The notes below the pieces were generated by a model that made no database searches, was not told the origin of the DNA, and was given only the letters and a program-made list of their open reading frames with translations. A program made the translations under genes and the position numbers. A stretch of DNA of 59,843 bases, filler included, from Sphacelaria rigidula (lineage: Eukaryota): assembly GCA_964200075.2 (NCBI GenBank). It is 7 parts of 7 records of this genome, joined end to end, with 100 filler letters (N's around TTAATTAATTAA, not from the genome) between each part and the next. Parts side by side here need not be neighbours in the genome. Positions count along the whole stretch, not along the records: positions 42,818 to 51,280 come from CAXNAA020011055.1; positions 51,381 to 59,843 come from CAXNAA020011056.1; 5 more parts are not named here. One strand, written 5' to 3'. Shown here piece after piece: positions 48,070 to 59,843 of this stretch; within the stretch, counting starts at the first letter, position 1; every line of letters begins with the position of its first letter.

Positions 48070-48426
48070 CCGTAAAAGTGCGAGTCATCACACAGGTTGG
48101 ACTTATCGCACCCCTGTGCGATGAAACTCCTAGTTAGGATTGACTTAATTCGGTTCTCGCTCGGGGTTCGGAGTCATGACACTCCTGTAAAGTGAGGTTC
48201 AGCTAAAAAGCCAGTATCGTCGCTGGTATGATTCCTTCAGTATCGTAGTCGGAGTTATCGCACAGGGGTGAGGAAAAAATACCAGTATCGCCGGTGGTAT
48301 GATTTGTTCAGGACCGCACAGGTCGGAGTTATCGCACAGGGGTGTGTATCAGAATAGAAAACCATTTTTTTCTGTATTCGATTTCGGGGTCGCACACTAC
48401 TGTGTGATGACCCGCACTTTTTACCA
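48070..48426. mobile_element. Tc1/mariner-type MITE
   Basis: TA on both flanks; TIRs CCGTAAAAGTGCGAGTCATCACACAG / CTGTGTGATGACCCGCACTTTTTACCA; internal about 70-bp direct repeat. Confidence 0.75.
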
Positions 48427-48490
48427 TACCCGCCCTCGCCCAAGAGCCACTTGTAGATACGATAGTATCCGTCAGATACGATGAAACTTG

Positions 48491-48707
48491 CACACGTCGG
48501 ACAGCTCATGAGCTACCTGGATTTTACTCCTCATTAGAGTACTGATCCAGATCATTTGTCCACTATTTCCGTATTAGATCCCGACAGCGATGGACGCCGA
48601 GCACGCCGTGCAGCGGGAAGGTAACGCTTTGGCTTCTCGGACACTGCTGTCACCTGTTTTTGTGTTCTTGTACAGGGATCTGTAGCTCATGAGCTGTCCG
48701 ACGTGTG
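48491..48707. mobile_element. MITE with perfect 26-bp TIRs (CAC...GTG ends)
   Basis: CACACGTCGGACAGCTCATGAGCTAC / GTAGCTCATGAGCTGTCCGACGTGTG; no clear TSD. Confidence 0.8.
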
Positions 48708-49112
48708 AAAATTCACCATTTGGAAAAACAGGGATTCCTCACTCTGAGGCCATGTGCGCTCCCCGTCTCGCTGCCTTGGTCATGAATATTGGCTGTAGGG
48801 GAGACATTCTCTGCCCATGAGCGTATCAGTTCAATCGTTAGAACCCACGGTCAGATGATGAGACGTTTTGTTGGACAAAACTGCGTATTACACGTGTCAC
48901 GTTTTTGCTGTGTAACAAACAGAAAGAAGAAAAAAAAGTTGGGAAAACGGAAACTATTACTAGCTGTAATATATCTATATATAGATAGAGAGAAACGCGG
49001 AAGGTTACCGCAAACATCATCTACTACGCATAGTGCACGGGACAAACAAGGCTTTTTCACGGAGCAATACGGGAAAGACTTGGTGCAACAAAAAGTGTGC
49101 ACGGTTACCTAC

Positions 49113-49198
49113 CTCGAAGAAAATTTGAACTGCTGGGTACCACCATTTGATGGGGGAGCTCTCCCCGACCCGGCTCCCCGACCCCGTGATTGAAAACA
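49113..49198 (-). CDS. Possible internal exon, could splice to 45701-45796
   Basis: Strong donor GAG|GTAGGT; FSITGSGSRVGESSPIKWWYPAVQIFFE; phase 0 end compatible with the downstream exon; acceptor context weak. Confidence 0.3.
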
Positions 49199-49369
49199 CT
49201 TTGTTTTTTTTGTCAAGCCGTCACATCCTGGACAACAAGAGTACGTCGTCACATAAAGTGTACCACGCACAGTGTCGACCTTTGTGTCTATTGCAATAGA
49301 CGATGGATTCTACACCGGACGCATACACTACTTGACAACGTAACCTGGTTGTCCACGGTGTGCAAGCCT

Positions 49370-49600
49370 TAACGGTAACCCAGACCATAACCGCCAGCCC
49401 AACCCAAGGCGAAACGAAAATCGTCGGGCGAGGGGGAAACATGGAGTGTCCTTGGCAAAACGCGCGCTGGCAGAGCTTCAATCGGCACCGCAAGCACCGA
49501 TTCAAGCCAAACCACGGACTGAGCAGCTGGGCGTGCGCACTGGACTGAGCCCTGTAAAGATCCGATTACGATGGTTGACACCGGAACCAAACCTATTTCA
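49370..49600 (-). repeat. Third, more diverged copy of the hairpin/telomeric-tail element
   Basis: Reverse complement has AATCGGTGC-ttgc-GGTGCCGATT, CCCCCTCGCCCGA and a degenerate GGGTT(A) hexamer tail. Confidence 0.6.
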
Positions 49601-51280
49601 ACCATGGATTTGGGGAGCCAGTCGGATCGGGGGAAACTCTACTAGTACTATTTGGCCGTCCATTGCATGTCTCTCTTCTGTGGGAGGTTTCATCCATCTA
49701 TACGCACAGTTTAAGGCGATCCACGGCCGGTTTGACCTCGTAGGTGTCCAGCAGTTGATCGCGTGTGCGGACGCTGGGAGGCTTCGCCCACACGTTTCCA
49801 TCGTACCAGCCTGGTCGTCGTCGGTGACATGTGGACGAGCAAAAAGACACACACAAGCAGAACATGAGGGGTTCTATGGGGGATCTATATGAAGTAAACC
49901 TTGTACTATTATATTGTAAAACAATACTTCAATCAGACATGAAAGCATCATGCCGCCAAACGGGGGGAGGGGGGGGGGGCACCTGACTCGGGTTGTGTAT
50001 ACATACATAAAATTGTTGGCTAAAGCTTCTGTGCACCTGCACGAACTACTTTTTGGCCCGTCATTCGATCTTTGAACTCGAACGGTCAAAACCTGCGCGA
50101 TGACCCACGCTTTGAGATACGATACTATAATACTACCGCGCTGTTTGACCACGGAATCATTGTTGCATTTCATTATATACCGCAGATGTTTTCATGACAT
50201 GCGTGTTGTGTATGCGTACAGCCCAGCATTACAACCATGTACCTGTTCGCACTCTGACCGACTACAGGTGTGTTGTCACTATTGTCAATGACCCCGATCT
50301 CATACGACATGCAGCACGGGGTCATTCCTCCCCACGACCCACGGGCACGACTCACACTTTCTACGATAGCCCCCCCCTCCCCCCCCTGTAAAAAAGACTG
50401 GTTTGGGGAGACCCCCTTCGGGTGAAAAATTGTCGGGTTCAGCCGACGTTTTACTCATTCATCAGTGATGACGAGACGAAACGAACATTCCGACAAAAAA
50501 AGGCAGACCGAATTTCGTCTCGCACAAGCATATTTAACGCATTATTACACCATCGTATGGATGCAGTGCAGGCCTACTTGGCACCTAGTACATTAAGCTC
50601 ACCGGAAAATGACCACGATTACAGTATAACACGGTGTATATATGACCCCCGGGTGGGACGTCCTGTGCTGCATGCCTCGACGCACCTGACTCTTCATACG
50701 CCACCACTTCGGCGTAGAGGCGAGTAGAAACATAACTCCACCCGCTGTATAACCGAATCACAACCGCTGCAGTCCAGTCGCCATCCGGAAACACGTAAGA
50801 CAGCCCGGCCGCCAAGGCGGGTAGAAAACAGACAAGACAGAAGAGACAGACAACAGATCGACGCTAGACGTCAGGACGGAGGTCCTTCAAACAGGCAAAT
50901 GAAGGCTACCGCTGGACGCGACAGATACAATACTCTGTCGAAACATAAACAGAAACACATCAGAGCTTGTCACACTCCGGTCGTCTAAATTAAAATACCA
51001 CATCTATATCCACTCAGGGCGGAAAACTTCCTGTTCGCATCCCGAAAGATATGTTTTTTTGAAGCACAGTCACATGTCCGTCGATGGACGCGTGAGGACA
51101 TCAGTAGCAAAACAATATGAAAACAGTCGACCAGTATGGGAGTGCTGGTCATCATCCACTCCGCGATAACGAAATGTCAGTTATGTACCCACAGGGAGAC
51201 GGGTTGATCTCTCGAGACGACGCACTCGTCCCAGGAAGCGGGGGGGGGGGTTACTCATGATCATGCATGCCATAGTCATG

Positions 51281-51380
51281 NNNNNNNNNNNNNNNNNNNN
51301 NNNNNNNNNNNNNNNNNNNNNNNNTTAATTAATTAANNNNNNNNNNNNNNNNNNNNNNNNNNNNNNNNNNNNNNNNNNNN
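51281..51380. other. Artificial contig linker
   Basis: N44-TTAATTAATTAA-N44. Confidence 0.98.
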
Positions 51381-51940
51381 GATTTTGTGGGGATTTCAGA
51401 CGAGTACCGCGCATTTGTTTACGTTCGCTGTCACTCTCCATTTCTTAGTGTATTCTAGCGCCTTGTCTGTGTGTGTCTGGGATCCTTCTGCTGTTCTGAA
51501 ATCCCCACAAAATCATCCACGAACATCAATCCTGATACCATATTTTCACCCACCTTGACCCCTTGCTTGGCTGCTGCTTCTATTGATAATATCAAGTCAT
51601 TGATGAAAACCTTGAACAAAGTGGGTGATAACGTACAACCTTGTGCAACTCCCTGTAAAATATCGAAATATTTCGATATTTCCCCGTCTAGCATCATGGC
51701 ACTTTTGGCATATTCTGTCATCTTCTTCACCATTCTCCACATCTCTCCTCTGATCCCATTTTCCCACAACTTCTTCCACAACCCATTTCTCCATACTACT
51801 GTGTCACAAGTCTCTTGCACATCCAGAAAGAAACAGTACGTTGTCCGCCCGGTGTCTTTCCTACCCTGAATGATCTTACCTAGTGTGTGTACACATGGTC
51901 TACGCAACTACGGTCTGGTCTAAATCCTGCTTGTTCCTCG
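51381..51940 (-). pseudogene. Non-LTR (LINE) reverse transcriptase fragment
   Basis: FFLDV..DTV, LWKKL..GIRG, QGVAQGCTLSPTLFKVFINDL, LMFVDDFVG motifs in ORF 51455..51907. Confidence 0.92.
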
Positions 51941-54612
51941 TTTTTGAGGGGGGGGGGTGATATCAAGGAAAATGAGGGCTTTGCTCAGCGCTGTAAACTC
52001 ATCAGAGGAAATATTATGGTATCAGAATCGATGTTCAGTAAAATGCTCTGGAAAAGTATCTGCGGAATTGAGGAATGTGAGACCAACAAAAAAGTAATTA
52101 GGCACCATCGCTGAAAGTGTGGAGAAGGCACCGCTTTGGGCTTGAACCTCATTTTAGTGTACAACCTCATTTCATACGATTGCCTGTTCATTATTGTAAC
52201 ACATCGTGTTGTTGCTGTATCAATAGCTCACTCTCAGTATAGCGAAAAGGTGGTTCACAATGCATGGTCGGAACTGCTTTGGGCACACGGGCGCAAAAGA
52301 CGTGCGTTCCTCGCTCGCACCTTCGCTCGCACCTTCTGGAAGCGGATTCATATTTTGCCCTCCTACTCTCTCGTGTCCGCACGTACACACATGATGAGAA
52401 GAGTGTAAGACGCATGAGGCAGTGGCAAGAGGAGCAAAAACCTTAGGTGCAGGCATACACAATCAACAACCCAGCACGGCATGAAATAGCACACATAGAT
52501 CTACTTCACCGGCAGCTCATTTATCCAGGAACACAAATATACCAAGCAAGTACAGTACACGATCAAAAACTAAGGCCACCCTGGACTATACCTATTCGAT
52601 CACACTGGAACGCCATCACGCATTAAGACGCAGCTGAAAATATCCTACAGGGAGTACGTGCCGTGGGTATCGCCTAACCCCTCCCCATCCCATTCCTCAA
52701 GCGGTGGAAGATGACAGCATTACGCAGCATAATGCAACCGTTGTTTGATCCACCTGGGTTACCATTATTTCTCCTTGCTCTCCGTCATTTTGCGTCGACA
52801 CCCTTTCGCCAGTGCCAACCAAAACAAGGAAGCGACATTAATCGGAACACGGTCGTTCTCAATTCTTTCAAATCGTGGCGGGTTGATACCCTACACTCGC
52901 GTCAAGGTATCACTTGGAAAAACATTTTTTTTGGGATTGCATGAAACCATGTGCGACGTACAGTCGGAACCTACTCAATGTAGAACGGGACATTGATGCG
53001 AGGAATGATCCGATGGATGATATCGTTGCTTTCCTTCTATTAATGTGTGTCCATTCTACAAAACAGTCGTTCCATATTGATACTCATGTGACTAACGACC
53101 CCGAATTTGAAAGTGTTTCGCAACGTCACTTATATCAACCCTTTGACCGCTAGGATAAATGATCTGTTGAATCGGCATCAATTACACGTGACATTAAGAC
53201 TTGTGACTGTTCTATCAATTAAGGGAATCCATAAAAGCAACGTCTTCCACTCAGAGGTCCACACTCAATCAAATGCTAGACGCTAAATTTGGCGGAAAGT
53301 TGTTCACCTTAGTTTGCCACACCAGGGTAGTGATGAAAAGTAGTTGTCGGCACTACAGTACATTCCAACGAAGAAGGTATACGTATACGCTAAAAACGAG
53401 TAATTTTTGGCACCAAACAAAAACAAGTAATTTTTGGTACCACACAAAAACAATTGTTTCATCACATTACATTGGAACCGACCCTTTTCCCTCCCTGCCT
53501 TAAAAGTCTCCTAGTTTTTATCCCGTCGCCAAAAATATTAAACATTGGAGACTAGAACTACGAAGGTAAGTGGGGCACGGCATTCATTCGCTGGATGCCC
53601 CTTTCCAACAACCCCTCCCCTCATTAAATGCCAAATTAAGGGTCCTGGGTCCTGGGCGCCTTGATTTATACTCACCGTTACTCTTGCATGTGCCAAACTC
53701 TTTCAAGCCATTGTGCGGGGCGTTCAATGTGTGGGGTATGATCGATGCTCGCCCAAAATTCATGCAAAAGCAGCATCCCATGCACCGTGCCACGTGGCAA
53801 TTTCGCTACGAGGCAAAAATGACTGTCGCCTCGAAGATATCTACTTCCACGCACTTCCTACACAATAAAATATATAGGTATCTCGCGTGTTGTCCGTCGT
53901 ACTCCCATGAATCACGACGCGCACACGAAAGTATTATGTAACAGTAGTGGCAGGTGGCCCATTCAGCTATTTCAAAAACAGCAACTCCAGCAGTGTAGAA
54001 TACCAAATCTCGTTAGTCAAACAGCGAAACACTCCTCCCAACGCCCGCGGCGTTCCAATGAAAAATCAGCTATACCATTTACCATGCCGACCAGGTAATT
54101 CAAGCAAAAGGCACCATGCTTGACAGACATGTCTCGTACCGCAACACAATACCTTCCGTCACTACAGCACACAGCAGTAGTTTACTCTGAAGTTTTCAAC
54201 TCTCGTTGAAGACCCACCTAGACCGTCATCGCGACTCAAAACTTCGCACAACCAACATTCGCTTACGGACAAAGTCATACTCTATCCCACGTACTACGGT
54301 CAAAAGTCGACGCTCGAAAAGTGACCTTTCTCGCGCTCAGCTGAGCAAAGCAGCGGCCAGTTGTACCACACACAATTAGCTACTTGACGTATGGTCTCGG
54401 TGAGCCACAACGCATCTTCCGAAAAGTTTGCCCTCCAAAAGAGATGAACAGTTGCTCAGCGGATTAGTCTTGCAACCACAATATTACAAGTACTTGAAAT
54501 TCAACTCCGAGTAACCTATCGTACTGGAAACAATTTCCTGAAAAATAACATATTTTTGCAATTAGCTGTACAGACAGTACCAGGTCAAGCCCTAGATAGG
54601 TCTTCTGCCGTT

Positions 54613-54745
54613 CGAACTCATCCCTCGTGCGACCAAATGGCTCTCGCTGTATCCAAACGATTCATTTTTTGTCAACATGAAATCATACGAACTCATCCCA
54701 CGTGCGACCAAATGGCTCTCGCTGTATCCAAACGGTCCATTATTT
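54613..54745. repeat. 75-bp-period tandem duplication
   Basis: CGAACTCATCCC.CGTGCGACCAAATGGCTCTCGCTGTATCCAAACG at 54613 and 54688. Confidence 0.9.
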
Positions 54746-55654
54746 CAAGATTTAAATCGTAGCCGTACAATTTAGATTCACCGTCGTTGTCCATGAAACC
54801 CAGCAACACAACCAGTTTATTACGAAGGTAGAATTCTGAAAGAAACGGAACCAAATTCTACCATCTTCACCGAACACTTCGGTGATCAGTAACGCCTCCG
54901 TTGGTTCTTGAACTGACGCACACTTGATGCGAAGTCGAAGTCGCCCGTAGCACCGCAACGACATTCATTCCGCAGTTCCGTATCTACTACCTGCACCACC
55001 GGCATTCTTCGTGAACAATTTTACTCGACAGACGATAAATAACAGGGGACAAACATGAGCAAACTTACTGCGAGCTCAGCGGAGAGCTCGAGCGAGCGGA
55101 GGGGAGCTGTGATGGACATCCCACACCCGCGCCGACTCTCCTATTACTACGGCATACCAATACGAACATATAAAATTGTCCTGGGTAAAGCCGCACCGCT
55201 GACCTTTGGGAGCAGAAAACCCCGAACACAACGTTGCATTTCAGAAGGGAATATTAAATATTCTATTGGCAGATTAACATATGAACATGATACATATACG
55301 TGGACCCATGCTGCGAAATCACTTCCCAAGGTGACCGTAAAATTTGCTGAAAGACTCTCACCGCTCCGCGGACCGATTCAGGAGCGCATCATATTTCTTT
55401 TACAGTATAACATCCCCAACAGTGCAGTAAGACATTTTGGGGGTATACATATATATATGGCGGGCACATGCTTTTCTTTACATGAGGTTCACTCGTACTC
55501 ATCATCCGAATTTCGGTAGTGATTGATAATATACAAAAAAAAAACTCATCTTCTTGCTGGGTGAAATCGAAACCTATTTCTACCGTCGCATCGCAGCAGC
55601 AGGGTACGGATGTACCCTGCAGCTTTACAGAACCGAAACCCTGCAAGTCCATTA

Positions 55655-57055
55655 TCACTCCTTGGACTCATGAGGCTGGTTGCTGCTCAGCTCTCCTTCC
55701 TGACCCCGCTGACCCATAACATGACGGTCCAGTTTGTCAAGCCTCTCCGTCACAACCATGTACGTTTCCGCCAAGGCATCCAGTTTTCCGTTCATAGCGA
55801 CAAGTAGCGCATGTTGTTGCTCCTGTCCCGCTACCCCCATGTGCGCACCATCACCATCACCATCACCATCACCATCACCATCACGGTCACTGTCCGACGC
55901 TGCGACTGGAGACGACGATATCCCGGCAACACTGCCGTGCTGGATTCCAGCAAAGTTATCCCTCAGTTCCACAAGCATGTTCTCGATTCTCGAAAGTTGA
56001 TCCGGTGGGGATGGCTCGTCCACGCCGTCTCCGAAGAAATGGTCCAACAAAAAGTAGTACGCGATGTTAGCCACGGACACAAGCTCGACCATCTGGAACA
56101 CGATCAAGGACTGTCCCAGCGCGCCGGGTGCTAACCTGTCGCTCCTCCACATGAGCAGAAAAAGCTCCAAGACTTTCTCGATCGAGTAGATCAGCGCCCC
56201 GCCCACGACGGCGCACCGCAACGTCCACTTCAGACACGCAGCGTCGCCCCGTTCCCCCGCTTCGTCCAAAACGTGGTAAGCATTCCGTTCGTCCAAGCTT
56301 AGAGACGGCAAGCGTATGCCTTGGCGTAGCACATAACATGCAAAAGACAAAAGCGCGCAAAATGCCATGATCGACACCGCGGTGAGCAACCACATAATGC
56401 CCTCATCTCCGGCACTCTCGAAATGACAGAGGTTTCTGAGAATCAACAAAACGAACCCAAACACTAGTGTGGGCGAGAAGGTAAGCACCAAGGACACCGC
56501 CACCAGCATCATGCTCGTCAACAACATCTCCATCTGGTGGTCGACGCCGCCTGTCGCGGTCGGTGAAACAAGATCACCCCGTTCCTCACTTTCGCCTTTC
56601 ATTTCTCCTTCTGCCGCCGCTCCTGCCCCCGCCGCCGAAGACACTTCCTCCGGGAGATCAAAATACTCCGACACTGTGTCCCTTAGCACGTGGATAGGAT
56701 CTTGAGACAATTTGTTGAGGTGGGCACGGGCTTCGGTTACGGAGAGCCCACTTGAAATCCGATAATCCTCGACTTTTTCCCGTGATTGAGGAGTCTGAAT
56801 CTCACGGTGAGAAGTGCCGTCGCGATGGTGGCCACTGCGAGCGGCCTTTTCCTTCAGGTATAACCAGACGAGCATGGCCGACACGAGGAACAGCTCTCCT
56901 ACCATCTCCGAGATACCGGCGGAGAGGAAGAAGAGTTTCTCGAAGGGCGTGAAGATGTTGCGCAGCCTTACGACATACGCGAACTCCACTACCGTAGCCA
57001 CCAGAGAGAGGCGGCTGAGAACTGAGATGAACGCGCTTCCTGCTACGGCCGACAT
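55655..57055 (-). CDS. Large terminal exon of a polytopic membrane protein (about 6-7 hydrophobic segments, a loop and a C-terminal coiled-coil-like tail)
   Basis: 466-codon stop-free ORF; candidate acceptors at 57075-57076 (AACAG) or 57043-57044 (GCTAAC...CGTAG); internal (GD)n repeat at about 55846-55885. Confidence 0.8.
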   Translation of the reverse strand: MSAVAGSAFISVLSRLSLVATVVEFAYVVRLRNIFTPFEKLFFLSAGISEMVGELFLVSAMLVWLYLKEKAARSGHHRDGTSHREIQTPQSREKVEDYRISSGLSVTEARAHLNKLSQDPIHVLRDTVSEYFDLPEEVSSAAGAGAAAEGEMKGESEERGDLVSPTATGGVDHQMEMLLTSMMLVAVSLVLTFSPTLVFGFVLLILRNLCHFESAGDEGIMWLLTAVSIMAFCALLSFACYVLRQGIRLPSLSLDERNAYHVLDEAGERGDAACLKWTLRCAVVGGALIYSIEKVLELFLLMWRSDRLAPGALGQSLIVFQMVELVSVANIAYYFLLDHFFGDGVDEPSPPDQLSRIENMLVELRDNFAGIQHGSVAGISSSPVAASDSDRDGDGDGDGDGDGAHMGVAGQEQQHALLVAMNGKLDALAETYMVVTERLDKLDRHVMGQRGQEGELSSNQPHESKE

Positions 57056-57188
57056 GTTAGCACTTGTTGCTCGTCTGTTGGAAGCAGTGCAAAGGGATAA
57101 ATGGGGCAGATAAGGGAGGCAAGGAGCGGGGGACGGAGGGGGAGGGGGGCGTGTCGAGAGGGGACTAGCAGATGGCAGATAGAAAAAC

Positions 57189-57719
57189 CTCTGGGCCTTG
57201 TCTAGCTACATGTGCTTAAGCGCAACAATCCTACTGAACTGATGACTATGAAAACCCCGTGGAACACGATGTTTTGGATTGTTATCACAAAGTCTGGGCC
57301 CGTGCTTGTGACCTTGCTGCAGTTTTTATACCCGCCGCAAGGCGTTCAGGATATGCCAACACTACATATAAGCGTATGTATACTCGCTAATAGTACTGCC
57401 CATGTCTCCATTACCGGGATGAATTCGATCCTGTACGACCTTCCATCGGCACCGTGAGGATCCGGCACAACTTATGCCCCGCCAACGGTTCGGGAGATGC
57501 GCAGATAACCCGGTTACTCCGGTTCCGGGCGCAAAAACGACTGGCAGTGTATCTTCCGTCACTTAGCAGCGTTTTTTGCGTAACTCAAGGGATGAATGAA
57601 TAAATGTTCCCTCAGGGTACGAATACAAGTTCTGGCTGGTACTTTGCACAACAATCAAAACCGCTAAAGAAAGCCCCAAGATCAGGCAAAGGCCGACAAC
57701 GGTTGTAGAAAATGTCCAC
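57189..57719 (-). pseudogene. Upstream hydrophobic exon-like sequence of the same membrane gene, carrying stops and a frameshift
   Basis: CATCAG acceptor, then WTFSTTVVGLCLILGLSLAVLIVVQ...RKKRC*; later frame ETWAVLLASIHTLICSVGIS*TPCGGYKNCSKV...IQNIVFHGVFIVISSVGLLRLS. Confidence 0.45.
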
Positions 57720-59029
57720 CTGATGTTGTGCACAGTTGTGGGAGGTGAGGGCATGATACTAATGTTCGTGTTGTTTTCATGGGAAGGGTGTACTGCTTTG
57801 CCGCAGGGGTACGACTGGAAAAACAGGGATGGGCGAATGTCGAACGGTCCGCGAGGTGGACAAGTCAAGGTTCATACGACACGCCCCGCATGGAGGATTT
57901 CGTGGGGCGAAGATTCACGGGTTATTCGCATTTTGTCCGGATATGTTGAGGCAAAATGTTCGTGCCGCACGAACAGCAGCCAGGCAACATGTAAACGTAT
58001 ACACAACGGGTATTATCCCGTTGTGGTGTCATCTGTTACAGAACCGTATGCGTGAAGTTCTTTTATGCGCATGTGCCACAGAACTGCCCACAGCATTTTT
58101 CGCAGAGCGATCCTGATGGCGCTGCCAAACAAACTTTTGGTGACGCTTTGTGCTCGCCACGGTTCGAAAAGGCACACGAGATGTTGCGAGCCGGTTGAAG
58201 TCGGAGGCTCCCCGCGCGCGCTTGCTCACTCTACAGCAGTGCGCGCGGTGAGATATTGGACGGTATTCATTACCTCCCGAAAAAGCTACCCACTGGGAAT
58301 GCTGCATCATTTTACAAGATTTGGTGCAGATCCATGACAGTGTACGCGACAGCGATGCATCCTTTGGTATCTACACGCGCGGCTCGCCATCGGGCAAACA
58401 TTGAATTAGGCCACGGCTCAGTGCTGTACCCGTTGAAATGCTGAACTCTACTGCTTCCTATCAAGTTGTACGTAGAAATGAGTGTGGCCTTCACGTGAGC
58501 CCCATTCTTCAACCCCGTGATGGTCAGACCCCCGTCAGACGAACCTCCGGTGCACCACTGAAAACACGTGAAATGCAACTACTTTTTGGCGAATCATTAC
58601 GTGATCCAGGGGTTGAGAACAGCACAACACACGGTATGTTGTCCTCGGGGGTGATCCTTGCAAAGAGAGAGGATCTTGCTCAGCTACAGCATCGGGATTA
58701 CCGGAGGTAAACGTCAGCCTGAGATAATCTTCCGAAAAGAGGTCGAGTGACCAACGGGGTAAGGGTCAAATGTCGTTAAACACACACACACGCACACACA
58801 CATGGACCAAGGTCCACATGAAAAGGCAATGAATCTCCGATGGACACTCGTGGTGATTTACCCCTTCAAAGAAGATAGCATTCACATGACCCCCCTTTAC
58901 CCTCCTTTCATGTGCCTCCCTCTCTTCGTCCGTGTTCGTGGCGAGAAGTTGTTAGTGAAAATACCTTTTTTCGCCTACCTGCGGTCAAAGACATTCCGCA
59001 CCCCCCCCCCCCCCCACACACACACACAG

Positions 59030-59800
59030 ACATCGAAAAATTTCATTTTACAAGGAGTTCGATAAGGATGTACGTTATTACCCATTTGATTCAAGGTATT
59101 AATTAATGGCCTGATGATAGCAATATAAGCAGCGAAGCGAGGTGTCAAGGTGGGAGAAGATACGGCATCAGGTGTTCGCGGATGGTTTCGTGGGGATATC
59201 AGAAACTCCAAAAATAATGCAGAAACAAATGCGTGGTACTTGTATTCAATCAAGATCACGAACACCCGGTAGAATTCAAATGGAGGTGGGCCGAAGAGGA
59301 ATCGTCGATCGTAGACCAGCGTGCATACCTTGGCGTAGAGATCTAAAAAGACTGTTGTTGGGATGCACACGTAAAAAAGTAATAGAAAAGGGAGAGGCAC
59401 AGCTAGGCAGGACGGACGCGATCCTCAGAGATTTCGCACCTAGATACTAGGATTAAGATACATATTCTGATTAATGTGGTTGTACCGAAGCTGGAAACAG
59501 TACATATGACAGCAGCTAAGGAAATACTTGCACGCTCAAAAACTACGAGTAATACAGCATTGAGGGCAGAATTGGGAATGTGCCCACTTAAAACAAGCAG
59601 GTACATGAGTAAATTAAAATGACAATATAGCGTAAGGAGCATGCCAAGAGAGAGATTGCCAGCCATCGTTGATAGAGCCGTATGGAAGGAAATGACGAAA
59701 TGGCAGGCTGGAATAAGGTGGGATAGCGTAGTCGAAAAAGCATGGAAGGGCATAGGAGGAAAGAAAGACGAGATATAACAGCCGATCCTAATTTTTGGGG
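59030..59800 (+). pseudogene. Decayed LINE RT and downstream region, same family as 51381-51940, opposite orientation
   Basis: Nucleotide similarity (ATTTTACAAGGAGTT...GGATGTACGTTAT...GTCAAGGTGGG...TTCGCGGATGGTTTCGTGGGGATATCAGAA); many stops. Confidence 0.85.
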
Positions 59801-59843
59801 TTGAAACAAAATATGAGGTTGAAGTCCCATCCCTTCATTGCAG

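Overview
This window is not one locus. It is seven unrelated contigs of near-identical length (8464, 8464, then five of 8463 bp) joined by six artificial 100-nt linkers (N44-TTAATTAATTAA-N44), so nothing can be inferred from adjacency across a linker. The DNA is eukaryotic: GT-AG introns with CTAAC branch points, sparse short exons, TTAGGG repeats and very high transposon density. The overall style suggests a brown alga (Phaeophyceae), but that is inference. Contig 1 holds the last four exons of an unidentified gene, with a hAT-type MITE in an intron. Contig 2 is mostly repeats plus possible orphan exons. Contig 3 is a decayed Ty1/copia element (INT-RT-RNaseH) split by a 2.6-kb TIR element. 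Contig 4 is a nearly intact chromodomain-bearing Ty3/gypsy element. Contig 5 has one exon of aldose 1-epimerase. Contig 6 is a cluster of different MITEs. Contig 7 has LINE RT fragments and a polytopic membrane-protein gene whose layout loosely recalls otopetrins. I found no CRISPR array, rRNA, intact tRNA or prokaryotic system. The best novelty candidates are a dispersed hairpin element ending in telomeric repeats, a TIR transposon with an apparent 5-bp TSD, a poly(G/C)-anchored repeat family, a tRNA-headed SINE and the otopetrin-like membrane protein. All are unverified without database searches.
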